A model generated the notes under the pieces. That model was given only the letters and a program-made list of their open reading frames with translations, was not told where the DNA came from and did no database searches. Positions 1 to 9,643 of a DNA stretch of 64,000 bases are shown here, one piece after another. Position numbers and translations under genes: made by a program. The DNA is from Patescibacteria group bacterium. GTDB lineage: Bacteria > Patescibacteriota > Patescibacteriia > Magasanikbacterales > UBA922. Where the stretch lies: assembly GCA_041651535.1 (NCBI GenBank), contig JBAZIZ010000003.1, positions 83,357-147,356 on the forward strand, given 5' to 3'. Positions within the stretch are counted from its first letter, which is position 1. The number at the start of each line of letters is the position of its first letter.

Positions 1-271
1 CATTTTTTATATTTTCAAAAACTTTTTTCAGAGCAAAACCTTTGCCACAATTTTTTTGGTAAGACAAAAAATTCCAATTTAAATTATATTTTTTATTTTT
101 TTCCTCATTAAATTTTTCTGGGGTTCCATCAAAACTACCGTCATCACAAAAAATAACTTTTAGATCAAAATCAAAAGTCAATTTAAAATTTTCTAATTCC
201 TGCAAAGTTTCTTCAATATATTTTTTACCATTGAACACTGGAATCGCTAAAATAATTTTTTTCTTATTCAT
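1..271 (-). CDS. Glycosyltransferase family 2, polyprenyl-phosphate sugar synthase-like (5' end only, continues beyond window start)
   Basis: Manual translation of the minus strand from ATG at 271..269 gives MNKKKIILAIPVFNGKKYIEETLQELENF...VIFCDDGSFDGTPEKF...NCGKGFALKKVF. These are the GT2 DPM1/GtrB-type motifs (IPVFNE, DDGSxDGT, NxGKGxAL). The ATG overlaps the stop of the upstream gene by 8 nt. Confidence 0.6.
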   Translation of the reverse strand, partial: MNKKKIILAIPVFNGKKYIEETLQELENFKLTFDFDLKVIFCDDGSFDGTPEKFNEEKNKKYNLNWNFLSYQKNCGKGFALKKVFENIKN

Positions 272-1997
272 AAATAGCAAAAAAATCTGGATAATTTTCT
301 ATCTGATTACCGTCAAAAAATAAAAATAAAATCTTTTTATTTTTATTAGCTTGCAAAAAATCTTCAGAAAATTTTATTTCCATTTTATCATCCGAATAAA
401 GATAAGAAACTGCATATTTGTTTTTTAATGGAGAAACTAATTTAAAATTATAATCAACAGAATAAAAATCTTTATCGGCAATAATATTTTTGCTACCCTT
501 TTCTTCTAAAAAAATAATTCGGTCTTTTTGAATTTTTTCTACCGCAAATTTATTTTTTAGATCAAAAAGCGTTCGAAATTTCACTACTATCATGTCTGGT
601 TTTAAATTTGTTTTTAGTTCCAAAGCTTCTTTAAAATTATTACGAAAAATATAAGCTCCATGATAATTGTCAGGCAAACCTGATAAAACCACTCCATCAT
701 ATTTTTCAGTTAGTAAAATTTTTTCACTGTTTAAAATTATATTTTGACTTATTTTTGTTGCTTTTTGCCAATTTAAATTATTTATAATTAATTCTTTTCC
801 TAAAAAAGCAAAGAATAAAAATAAAACTATCAAAAAATAAAATTGATTTTTTTTAGAAAACTGACTAAAAATCGATAAAACAATGAACAAAAATAAAATT
901 ACAAAGAAAAGCGAAGGCAAATAAAGCCAACGACTACCTTCTTCACTTAAATAATTTAAATTTAAATCAAGTAAAAAACGTGAAATCGCTATTGTGGAGA
1001 ATAAATAAATTAAAAATAAAAACAAATTGATCAAAAAAATTTTTTTATCTTTAAAATAAGAAAAAAATGCGAAAAATAAAAAAACTAACAAAAACAAAAT
1101 TTTATATTGCATTATAAATAAAGTTATTTTGACCCGCCAAATTCCCGTAAAAAACATAGCTGTTAAAAAAGAAATTTGAGAGTTAAATAAAGAAAACAAA
1201 CTAATTGTTTCGGTATTTTCTTCTCGATAATCTGCCAAAAAAAGACCGATTGCTTTAAAACGCCAATAAAAAAACAAAAACAAAACAAAAAAATAAAGCA
1301 TTGTTTTAAAAAGAATTATTAAAATTTTTTTTAAATTTTTATTTTCATCTAAAAGAAAACTGTAAATAAAATATAAAAAAACAATCAGCGGTAAACAAAT
1401 TGCCATTTCTTTTGAAAATAATGATAAAAGGAAAAAAAATAAACTAAAGAAAAAAAATAAAACCTTTTTAACTTTTTCTTTTTCTTCCGCAAAAAATAAA
1501 AATAATAAAGAAAGCAAAAAGAAGAAAGTTGCTAACAAATCACCAATCGCTGCTGTCCAAACTACGGCTTCACTTTTATTTGGCATTATCAAAAATAAAA
1601 TTGCACTTAAAATTGCTAGTAGATTTTTTTGTTTAAAATTTTTAAAAAAATTTATTTTTAAAACTAAAAAATAAAGCAAACCAGCATTTACTATATGCAA
1701 AAATAAACTTGCTAGATGATAAAACAAAGAATTCAAGCCAAAAAAATTATAAAAAGACAACCAAAAAACATTTAGAAGCGGACGAAAAGAACCACCGTCA
1801 TGACTGCCTAAATAATTTGTTCCAAAATAAGTTAAAATATTTTTTTGATTATTTTTTGCCCAATACAAAAAATCCCAATCATCAGAGAGAAAATCATTTT
1901 TCAAATTTAAACCAAAAAAAACAAAAGCTATAAAAAATAAACAAGCAAATGTTAAAAAATGCTTGTTTAAAAAAAATTTTTTTATTTTTTCCAACAT
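264..1997 (-). CDS. Polytopic membrane glycosyltransferase, GT-C fold-like (ArnT/PMT/GtrC-like)
   Basis: 577 aa with more than 10 predicted TM segments. N-terminal first loop carries a DDxD-like motif (FLSDDWDFLYWA) and there is a large C-terminal soluble domain. It is paired and translationally coupled with the downstream GT2 gene, the classic polyprenyl-P-sugar synthase plus GT-C arrangement. Confidence 0.5.
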   Translation of the reverse strand: MLEKIKKFFLNKHFLTFACLFFIAFVFFGLNLKNDFLSDDWDFLYWAKNNQKNILTYFGTNYLGSHDGGSFRPLLNVFWLSFYNFFGLNSLFYHLASLFLHIVNAGLLYFLVLKINFFKNFKQKNLLAILSAILFLIMPNKSEAVVWTAAIGDLLATFFFLLSLLFLFFAEEKEKVKKVLFFFFSLFFFLLSLFSKEMAICLPLIVFLYFIYSFLLDENKNLKKILIILFKTMLYFFVLFLFFYWRFKAIGLFLADYREENTETISLFSLFNSQISFLTAMFFTGIWRVKITLFIMQYKILFLLVFLFFAFFSYFKDKKIFLINLFLFLIYLFSTIAISRFLLDLNLNYLSEEGSRWLYLPSLFFVILFLFIVLSIFSQFSKKNQFYFLIVLFLFFAFLGKELIINNLNWQKATKISQNIILNSEKILLTEKYDGVVLSGLPDNYHGAYIFRNNFKEALELKTNLKPDMIVVKFRTLFDLKNKFAVEKIQKDRIIFLEEKGSKNIIADKDFYSVDYNFKLVSPLKNKYAVSYLYSDDKMEIKFSEDFLQANKNKKILFLFFDGNQIENYPDFFAIYE

Positions 1998-2020
1998 AAA
2001 AAAAGACGAAACGGAAAAAA

Positions 2021-3775
2021 TTATTTTTTACCCGTCAATTTTATAGCTAATTCTTTCAATTGTGCTTCACTAACTTCAGCTGGACTACCTACCATTGGTT
2101 CTTCAGCTTTCTGATTTTTTGGGAAGGCAACTACACGACGAATATTATTTTCTGAAGTCAAAAGCATAGTTAATCTTTCAATTCCTGGAGCAAAACCACA
2201 ATGTGGTGGTGCACCGTATTCAAAAGCTTCAATCATGTGATGGAATTTTTTATCCACATCTGCTTTTTTATAACCAGCAATTTCAAAAGCTTTGTACATT
2301 ATTTTTGGATCTTTATTTCGAACTGCACCAGACGATAATTCCAAACCATTTGCAATAATATCATATTGATCACCTAAAATTTCTAATGGATCTTTATTTT
2401 CTAGACTTTCTAAACCGCCAACTGGCATAGAAAAAGGATTGTGACCAAAATCTATTTTGCCTGTTTCTTTATCTTTTTCAAACATTGGAAAATCTACTAT
2501 CCAAGCCCAAGCAATCAGATTATTATCTTTTAAATTTAATTTATCTCCAACTAAACTGCGAACTGATCCCAAAGACAAAGCAGAAATATTATAAGTATCA
2601 GCAGCAAAAAATAAAATTCCATTTTTTAAATTTAATATTTTTTTCAATTCAACTAATTCTGCTTCAGTAAAAAATTTACTAATTCCACCGTCAAATTTAT
2701 CAGCAATAATTTTCATCCAAGCTAAACCTTTTGCTCCATTTTTTTTAGCGACTACAGTAAATTCTTCATCAATCTCTTTGCGAGTAAAATTTTCACCATC
2801 AGGTACAAACAAAACTCTTACATATTCGGCCTCATTAAAAACTTTAAAAGAAGTTTTTTTTGCCCATTCACTTATATCTTTTATTTCTAAATCAAAACGC
2901 AAATCTGGACGATCACTGCCATATTTTTCTATTGCTTCTTTGTAAGGAATTCGTGGAAAAGGTTTACGCCAAACTTTTTTATTTGCTAATTTTTCTGTCA
3001 ATTCAATAAATAAAGGTTCCATGAGATTAAAAAATTCTTCTTTTTCCAAAAAACTTGTTTCACAATCAAGTTGATAAAATTCTCCTGGTGATCTGTCAGC
3101 TCGTGGATCTTCATCACGCATACAAGGAGCAATTTGATAATAACGATCAAAACCTGCTACCATGAGTAATTGTTTGTATTGTTGTGGAGCTTGTGGCAAA
3201 GCGTAAAATTTACCCGGATGTAAACGACTTGGAATCAAAAAATCTCTAGCTCCTTCTGGTGAAGAAACAGTCAAAATCGGAGTAGCAATATCAATAAAAT
3301 TTCGGTCTTCCATGTATTTTCTAATATATTTGACCATTTCTGCTCGAAATAAAATATTTTCTTTTAATTTTTCACGACGAAGTTCTAAATAACGATATTT
3401 TAAACGTAATTCTTCATCTTCTTCTTGTTTAAAAGCATCAAAAATTTCAAATGGCAAAGTTTTTGCTTCACTTAAAATTTCAATTTCATTAACTAAAATT
3501 TCAATTTCTCCAGTTTTCATTTCTAAATTGGCTTTTTCTCTTATTTTTACTTGGCCTTCAATTTTAATTACAAATTCATATTTTATTTTTTCTGCTAAAT
3601 TGTAATTTTTACATTTTTCTGGATCAAAAACAGCCTGCGTCAAACCATATCGATCACGCAAATCAACAAAAATCAGACCTCCCATTTTTCGATGTTTATG
3701 AACCCAACCGGATAAAATAACCTTTTCACCCTCGTTTTTTTTGCTAAGTTCACCACAATTATGTGTTCTATACAT
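2021..3775 (-). CDS. aspS: Aspartyl-tRNA synthetase
   Basis: 584 aa. N-terminal anticodon-binding OB fold (VILSGWVHKHRKMGGLIFVDLRDRYG) and class II aaRS core motifs (FGHNPFSMP, GFAPGIERL). Confidence 0.95.
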   Translation of the reverse strand: MYRTHNCGELSKKNEGEKVILSGWVHKHRKMGGLIFVDLRDRYGLTQAVFDPEKCKNYNLAEKIKYEFVIKIEGQVKIREKANLEMKTGEIEILVNEIEILSEAKTLPFEIFDAFKQEEDEELRLKYRYLELRREKLKENILFRAEMVKYIRKYMEDRNFIDIATPILTVSSPEGARDFLIPSRLHPGKFYALPQAPQQYKQLLMVAGFDRYYQIAPCMRDEDPRADRSPGEFYQLDCETSFLEKEEFFNLMEPLFIELTEKLANKKVWRKPFPRIPYKEAIEKYGSDRPDLRFDLEIKDISEWAKKTSFKVFNEAEYVRVLFVPDGENFTRKEIDEEFTVVAKKNGAKGLAWMKIIADKFDGGISKFFTEAELVELKKILNLKNGILFFAADTYNISALSLGSVRSLVGDKLNLKDNNLIAWAWIVDFPMFEKDKETGKIDFGHNPFSMPVGGLESLENKDPLEILGDQYDIIANGLELSSGAVRNKDPKIMYKAFEIAGYKKADVDKKFHHMIEAFEYGAPPHCGFAPGIERLTMLLTSENNIRRVVAFPKNQKAEEPMVGSPAEVSEAQLKELAIKLTGKK

Positions 3776-3878
3776 ATTTTTTCTTAATTTTTATACCCTT
3801 ATTGTAGCAAAACAAACAGCTTTTAGCAAGGAGGTAAACAATTGCTCTGCCGAAGTTTTTTTTATATAATTATTAAAT

Positions 3879-4820
3879 ATGATTGATTATAAAAAAATCC
3901 TAAAAAACTGGAATATAAATTTTTTTGAGATAAATAAAAATATTTCTTTTTATGGTAGTCCAGAAAGATCTGACCAAAGAATAGCTTTAACTGCTGATGA
4001 AAATAATATTTATGTTTTGGAAAAAATAAATGAAAAAATAAAATTTAAAAAAGAAAATATAGCGCAAAAAATTTTTGAACTTAAAAAAACTAATTCTGAT
4101 TTAAAAATAAATCCTTATTTATTAAATAAAAACAATAATTTTATCACTGAATTTGAAGATAATTTTTGGCTTTTGTCTGTTTTTATAGAAAATGAAAAAT
4201 TAGACAGAGAAAAATATTTAGATGAATCTTGGCGAGGAAAATTAATGGCAAATTTTATTATCAAATTAAATAAAACCAGTAAAATTTTTAAATTAAAAAA
4301 CGAAGAAGTTTTTTCTCTACCAAAATATATAAATAAAATTAAAAAAGACATGGTAATTTTTCATCCACAAGAAAAAGAACAACTAAAAAATGTATTTATA
4401 TATTTAGAAAAAAATTTTTTTCCAATTTATGATAATTTAAAAACTAATTTTTGTCATGGTGATTTTCATCCTATAAATATTTTATGGGGAGGAAATGAAA
4501 TAAAATCTGTAATTGATTGGGAGTTTTGTGGTTTTAAACCTGAAATGTATGATGTTGCTAATATGATAGGCTGCCTTGGTATGGAAGATCCGCAAACACT
4601 AAAAAAAGATATCATAAAATTATTTTTAGAAAAAATAAAGAATGAAAATATTTTTCAAGAATTAAGTTGGTATTATCTTTTTGATTTAATCTTAGCAATT
4701 AGGTTTTCCTGGTTGGCTGAATGGCTGAGAAAAAATGATAAAGAAATGATTGAACTAGAAATAATTTATATTAATTTACTTTTAGATAATAAAAATTATC
4801 TAGAAAAATTTTGGGGATAA
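3879..4820 (+). CDS. Aminoglycoside/choline-kinase-family phosphotransferase (APH-like)
   Basis: 313 aa with the catalytic loop HGDFHPINILW (HGDxxxxN) and the IDWEF (DWE) motif of the APH / homoserine kinase II fold. Confidence 0.6.
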   Translation: MIDYKKILKNWNINFFEINKNISFYGSPERSDQRIALTADENNIYVLEKINEKIKFKKENIAQKIFELKKTNSDLKINPYLLNKNNNFITEFEDNFWLLSVFIENEKLDREKYLDESWRGKLMANFIIKLNKTSKIFKLKNEEVFSLPKYINKIKKDMVIFHPQEKEQLKNVFIYLEKNFFPIYDNLKTNFCHGDFHPINILWGGNEIKSVIDWEFCGFKPEMYDVANMIGCLGMEDPQTLKKDIIKLFLEKIKNENIFQELSWYYLFDLILAIRFSWLAEWLRKNDKEMIELEIIYINLLLDNKNYLEKFWG

Positions 4821-4862
4821 AAAAATTAGAAAAAAATCTAAAATCCTAAATTAGAAATCTAA

Positions 4863-4882
4863 CCTGCCTACCGGCAGGCAGG
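4863..4882. repeat. GC-rich palindrome CCTGCCTACCGGCAGGCAGG (copy 1), probable bidirectional terminator between convergent genes
   Basis: A 20-nt GC-rich hairpin in a ~27% GC background, sitting between the stops of convergent genes. The same 20-mer recurs at 17390..17409. Confidence 0.5.
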
Positions 4883-4935
4883 AATTAAAAAACAACCATA
4901 TTTCAGATTGTTTTTGAATCTTTAATTTTTACTTT

Positions 4936-6819
4936 TTACAATTTGATTTCTTCTCCAAAAAATTTAATTGTTTCTCCTGCTTTTTCATCATCAGCACTAA
5001 TAGTAACTTTTGACATTAAATCTTCCTGGCTAGGATTTTTTTCTAAAAGTTCAATTTCAAATTGAGCAATTACTGCATCTGGTATATTTGTTGGCAAACT
5101 ATCAATTTGCCATTTTATTTTATTTTCTTTTTCATTATATTCAACTTTACCTGAAGAATTAACAATTTTACTAACATCAACCTTTGTTTTGCCATAAATA
5201 TCAGCAACTAAAACTACGTTTTTCAAATCATGAAAAGAGTTTGATAGTAGCCAAGTTACTTTATAAACAGTATTGCCAACTGAATTTTTTCCTTCTTCGC
5301 TCATAATATCAGCCAACAAATCAGATACAACTTTTAAATTAATCTTGTTACCTGTTTTAATTTCTTTTTTGCCATCTTTTTGATATTCAAGTTCAGCGAC
5401 AGCCATAATATTTGAATCAACAAAATCAGACAAAGTTATACTGCTATTATCTTTTAAAGAAATAGAAAAGTCTAAATAAACTTCTTGTCCTGGCATAATT
5501 TTTGCTAAAGAATCTACATAATTTTTATTCCAAGAAATTATTCCTCGACGTGAAGTGGCTGATAATTGTTCACCACTTACATCAGCATCATAAGGTTCTA
5601 CATTTAATTTTGTCCAATCTAATAAACTTTTATTATTTACCGATGGTGTATCAAAAAGCATATTAATTTTTACATCTTCCAAAACTGATTCACCTGAATT
5701 TTTTACTACAATTGTTGAATTTATAGTTTGTCCTGGTTTGATAGTAGTTTCACTCATTACTCCATTGATAGCTAAATTAAAAACAAAATCACTTTTAATA
5801 ATTTTTAAAACTTCTTCTTTTTCAAAAATCAGATATTCACTTTGTTTTTCTTTATCGATTTGATAAATTTTCAAATTAAAATTATTTTCCGAATTAACTT
5901 CATCAGCAAAATCTACAGTAAAAGTTAGAGTTTCTTCTTTTTCTAAATTTTCTATTAACCATTCACAAGAATTATTTATCGACTCCTTGTTAGAAGATTT
6001 AAAAATCATGTTTTCCGATTCACAGACTATTTTTAAATTAGTAATCTTATTTTCTTGTGGTGAAATCGTTAAATTAAATTCACTATCAGCATTTTTATAA
6101 ATATTTTCTGGAATCTTCAAATCAACATCAATCGGACTTTCTTCAGCATTGATTACGATATGAGCAACTTTTTGAAATTCAGAATTAAAATTTTCTGGCA
6201 CATAATTTAAAAAAGCTCTAATTGATTGTTCAGAATCAAGATTGCCATAAATTTGTCCTTCAATATCAAGATAACCTGAATCGTGGGCTTTTATGTTATC
6301 CAATTTCCAAATTGTATGATTTTCATCAACTGCAGTTAGCGTACTACTGACAAAAACAAAACCTTTTGGATATTTTACTTCTATCTCAGCTTCTTTTAAT
6401 TCTATGTTTTGTGAATTTTTATAATTTATTCGATAAGAAAAAGTTTCACCAATTTTTATTTTTTCCGGTCCGCTAATACTAAAATTTAAATCGTCTTCAG
6501 AAAAATCATCTCCTGAATCTAAAGAAAAAAATCCAAACCAAGCTATTGCTAAGAAAAAAGCTAACGAAAACAAAAAGACAAAAAAAGATCTGAGAAAACC
6601 AGTTTTCTCTTTTTTTTGTAGTTTTTTCATATCAAAAGTTTTATTACCGGCATCGCCATAAATTTCAAATAAGTCATCTTCAATTTTTTTTCTGATAACT
6701 TTTTTTGAATTTACAACCGCCTCTTTTTTTATTAAGCTGTATTTTTTATTTTTTTTTTCACTTTCAATATTTTTTTCTTCATCCAGAGGTTTTTTAACAA
6801 AATTGTGTTCTTCTGTCAT
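4936..6819 (-). CDS. Hypothetical membrane-anchored protein with large extracytoplasmic repeat/beta-rich region
   Basis: 627 aa. Lys/Glu-rich cytoplasmic N-terminus, a single TM (FLRSFFVFLFSLAFFLAIAWFGFF), then ~520 aa of low-complexity N/S/T/E-rich sequence. Lies directly downstream of, and in the same orientation as, the 871-aa membrane protein. Confidence 0.5.
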   Translation of the reverse strand: MTEEHNFVKKPLDEEKNIESEKKNKKYSLIKKEAVVNSKKVIRKKIEDDLFEIYGDAGNKTFDMKKLQKKEKTGFLRSFFVFLFSLAFFLAIAWFGFFSLDSGDDFSEDDLNFSISGPEKIKIGETFSYRINYKNSQNIELKEAEIEVKYPKGFVFVSSTLTAVDENHTIWKLDNIKAHDSGYLDIEGQIYGNLDSEQSIRAFLNYVPENFNSEFQKVAHIVINAEESPIDVDLKIPENIYKNADSEFNLTISPQENKITNLKIVCESENMIFKSSNKESINNSCEWLIENLEKEETLTFTVDFADEVNSENNFNLKIYQIDKEKQSEYLIFEKEEVLKIIKSDFVFNLAINGVMSETTIKPGQTINSTIVVKNSGESVLEDVKINMLFDTPSVNNKSLLDWTKLNVEPYDADVSGEQLSATSRRGIISWNKNYVDSLAKIMPGQEVYLDFSISLKDNSSITLSDFVDSNIMAVAELEYQKDGKKEIKTGNKINLKVVSDLLADIMSEEGKNSVGNTVYKVTWLLSNSFHDLKNVVLVADIYGKTKVDVSKIVNSSGKVEYNEKENKIKWQIDSLPTNIPDAVIAQFEIELLEKNPSQEDLMSKVTISADDEKAGETIKFFGEEIKL

Positions 6820-6833
6820 AATTTTTTATAAAA

Positions 6834-9449
6834 TTAATTTTTATTTTGCATAACAATTCCGTAAAATCCATCCGTTTTTAAAACTGTTTCCATTTTTGCT
6901 CCATTTTGTGAAATAAAACAATTTTCATCACTTGACCAAACAGGTGACCAAGAATCAGGATAAATAACAGTATTTGATAAAAATGAATTTATACCTGATT
7001 GTTTTTGAAAAATTATATTATATTTAGAAACTTTGCCATCACCCAAAAAATTAGCTAATTTTTCATCTATTTTGTAAGCATCATCAAAAACAGTAAATGG
7101 CAATTTATAAATAAAATAAATTTTCTTTTCTTCTCCCGGAGCAGTAATAATCCAATTAGCAAAGACAGTTTTTCCATATTCATTAGTAATTACCGTACCA
7201 TTGTTTTCATCTATTTTCTTGTTTGTCTCAATTGCTAATAAATCTTCGTCATTTTTGTACCAGTCTGGTGCTATTTGAAAAGTTTCTTCATCCGGATAAA
7301 TAAAACCACCTGCTTCTAAAAGTTCACTGCCTTCAGGTACATAAAGTTTTAAATAATCAACATTTGTGTCACCAAATAAATATTCTTCTGCTTGACCGTT
7401 ATGTTTGCGAGTAATTACGACAGTATCTATTACTGAACCGTCTTCTTGTACTAAAGCTTGGTGTTCTATAGTTTGTTCAATATTAAAATCACTTTTTCCA
7501 CCACCAACATTATTATTTGTCACTAATAAATAATCTTGTTTTTCACCAACATTTTTTACTTCCCCAGTCCAATTATAGGAAGAAAATAAATTTTGTAAAT
7601 CATTATCTTTAAAATAAAATTGTATTTCTTTTTCTGTTAAAGCTTCATGAATATTAAAAATCAAATTAAACATTTGTCTAGCTTCAATTTTATTCAAAGA
7701 AGAAAACATTTGATTAAATACTTCTGACAAAACTGCTTTTGGCTTATTTTCTATACCTTCATAATTTTCTATCTCGTATTGTAAATCTTTTAAAGCATTA
7801 TTTGAATCTAAAATTAAATCAAATTCTTTATTTTCAACTGGTCCTAAAACTTTTAAAACTCTTTCCAAAACACTGGCATTGATCGCAATCACTCCATCGA
7901 CAGTTGAATTGCGAGAATTTTTATAAAACCATTCCATTTTTTTTGCAGTATCTGGAAAATTTACAAACCAATTACCATCTTGAAATTCCCATCTTTGATT
8001 TACAGTTTGGAGAGCTAAAGGTGGCAAAACATATTCTTTTAATTGTCCTTGGAGATCATAACTGCCACCACCTGGGATATCAATATTTAAAATTTTTCCA
8101 TTTTGTAAATCAACCACAGCATAAGAACCTACAAAACCGCCACTAGCTCTAATTTCATTTTGATTTTGAAAAAGAATTAAATAACGGCGGAAACCATTAG
8201 AACCCAAAGCTGTACTAAGCGCACTTGAAGCTTTTGACATACTAGCAATATCTTTTACAAAAGCTTCATAAATATTTTTAAAATCAAAAAAAGTTTCTTG
8301 ATATTCAACTGGAATATTTGTTGTATCTATATCTGAAATTTTTTTCCAAGCTTCTTCATAAATAGGTTCAGCAAAATTAATATGATTTTTAGCAATTTCA
8401 ATTTTTTCTAGCAAAGTTAAATTTGGATTTGCTTGTATATCATTTATAGCTTTTACTAAATAAGCATTTCCCAAAGCTATTTTATGTCCAGCTTCTAATA
8501 AATTTTGTCTAGTTTTTATTTTTTGTCCGACAACTGGAATTAATTTTGCTACATAAAGCAAAGAATTGTATTCATTATCAATAATTTCTTCAGCGCCACC
8601 AAAATATTTTAAAGCTTCAGCTAAATCATATTTAGCTTGGTCAACATTAGAATTTAAAACAGCGACAGTGGAAGATTGTAATGATAAAAAAGCATCGACA
8701 CTTTTGTCAGTCACTCGTGAAGTATCATATTCAACTTTTTTATAAAAACTAAAAGAAGGGTAAGGGATCGCCACTAAAACAAACAAACAAATAGAAGCCA
8801 AAGCTGTTTTTTTCCAATTCCATAAAAAATCAAAAGAAAAATTTAATTTTATTTTTTTTGGTTTAAATAAATTTTCTATAAAGTCAAAAGAAAAATCAAA
8901 GTTTGGTTTTTTAATAAAAAATTTTTTTTGTTTTTTTAAAACTGGTCGAGGAATAGTTTGGTATTTATTTTCTATTTTTGCTATTTCCGCTAAAATATCA
9001 ACTTTGATTTTTGGTTCTTTTTTGATATTGTTTTTTTGTTTTTCGATTATTTTGCTATCAATATTTTTTTGTGTTCCAATTTTGTGTTGTTTTATCAGAT
9101 CAGAGAAAACAAGTGTTTTTAAAATTGGTTTTTTTACAACTTCTTCACGATAAGGAATTATATTTCCCAAAATATTTTTTTTATCTTTTTTGTTTAAATT
9201 TACTATATATGGTGAAACTTCGGTAATATTTTTATCAGCACTTATCTTAACATTAATAAATTTTGCATTGTCTTTATTTAAAATTTTTGTTTCCTTAGTA
9301 TTTTTTTTAAAAAGAATCTCTGTTTTTTCTTTTTTTGCTTCAATATTTTTTTTTTCGGAAAAATGCAAAGGACAGGTTCTAGTATTATGACCTGTTTTAC
9401 CACAAATCGCACAACGGCGAGGATTTTTTAACAATATTTTCTTTTTCAC
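6834..9449 (-). CDS. Large membrane-anchored protein with N-terminal CCHC zinc knuckle and big extracytoplasmic domain
   Basis: 871 aa. Residues 13-26 are CAICGKTGHNTRTC (C-X2-C-X4-H-X4-C). A K-rich linker and one TM (TALASICLFVLVAIPYPSF) follow, then ~650 aa of exterior domain with conserved-looking blocks (ASGGFVGSYAVVDLQNGKILNIDIPGGGSYDLQGQL). Confidence 0.55.
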   Translation of the reverse strand: MKKKILLKNPRRCAICGKTGHNTRTCPLHFSEKKNIEAKKEKTEILFKKNTKETKILNKDNAKFINVKISADKNITEVSPYIVNLNKKDKKNILGNIIPYREEVVKKPILKTLVFSDLIKQHKIGTQKNIDSKIIEKQKNNIKKEPKIKVDILAEIAKIENKYQTIPRPVLKKQKKFFIKKPNFDFSFDFIENLFKPKKIKLNFSFDFLWNWKKTALASICLFVLVAIPYPSFSFYKKVEYDTSRVTDKSVDAFLSLQSSTVAVLNSNVDQAKYDLAEALKYFGGAEEIIDNEYNSLLYVAKLIPVVGQKIKTRQNLLEAGHKIALGNAYLVKAINDIQANPNLTLLEKIEIAKNHINFAEPIYEEAWKKISDIDTTNIPVEYQETFFDFKNIYEAFVKDIASMSKASSALSTALGSNGFRRYLILFQNQNEIRASGGFVGSYAVVDLQNGKILNIDIPGGGSYDLQGQLKEYVLPPLALQTVNQRWEFQDGNWFVNFPDTAKKMEWFYKNSRNSTVDGVIAINASVLERVLKVLGPVENKEFDLILDSNNALKDLQYEIENYEGIENKPKAVLSEVFNQMFSSLNKIEARQMFNLIFNIHEALTEKEIQFYFKDNDLQNLFSSYNWTGEVKNVGEKQDYLLVTNNNVGGGKSDFNIEQTIEHQALVQEDGSVIDTVVITRKHNGQAEEYLFGDTNVDYLKLYVPEGSELLEAGGFIYPDEETFQIAPDWYKNDEDLLAIETNKKIDENNGTVITNEYGKTVFANWIITAPGEEKKIYFIYKLPFTVFDDAYKIDEKLANFLGDGKVSKYNIIFQKQSGINSFLSNTVIYPDSWSPVWSSDENCFISQNGAKMETVLKTDGFYGIVMQNKN

Positions 9450-9557
9450 AAAAAAATTTTATATCTAAATTATAGCATAAATTAAGTTTAAAAAAAATGT
9501 TTTTTTAGCTAAAAAAATTAAAATGGGGATAATTTTAAAACAAAGATTAAAAATGAC

Positions 9558-9586
9558 TTGACTTTTTTCAAAAAAACAGTTATTAT
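9558..9586 (+). promoter_or_regulatory. Sigma70-type promoter: TTGACT, 17-nt spacer, TATTAT
   Basis: TTGACT at 9558..9563, a 17-nt spacer, TATTAT at 9581..9586. About 50 nt upstream of the ATG at 9644. Confidence 0.5.
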
Positions 9587-9643
9587 ATGCTCCGCATGGC
9601 AATGGTGTTATGCAAAAAATGTTCTTTATAAAAGGGGGAAAAG

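Noticed and set aside
1709-1933. Short ORFs embedded antisense in longer genes: 1709..1933, 2485..2670, 4115..4351, 7904..8146, 9190..9390, 10073..10294, 12837..13076, 18306..18518, 18576..18839
   Set aside because: Fully contained within well-supported longer CDSs on the opposite strand. Products are low-complexity, with no start signals.
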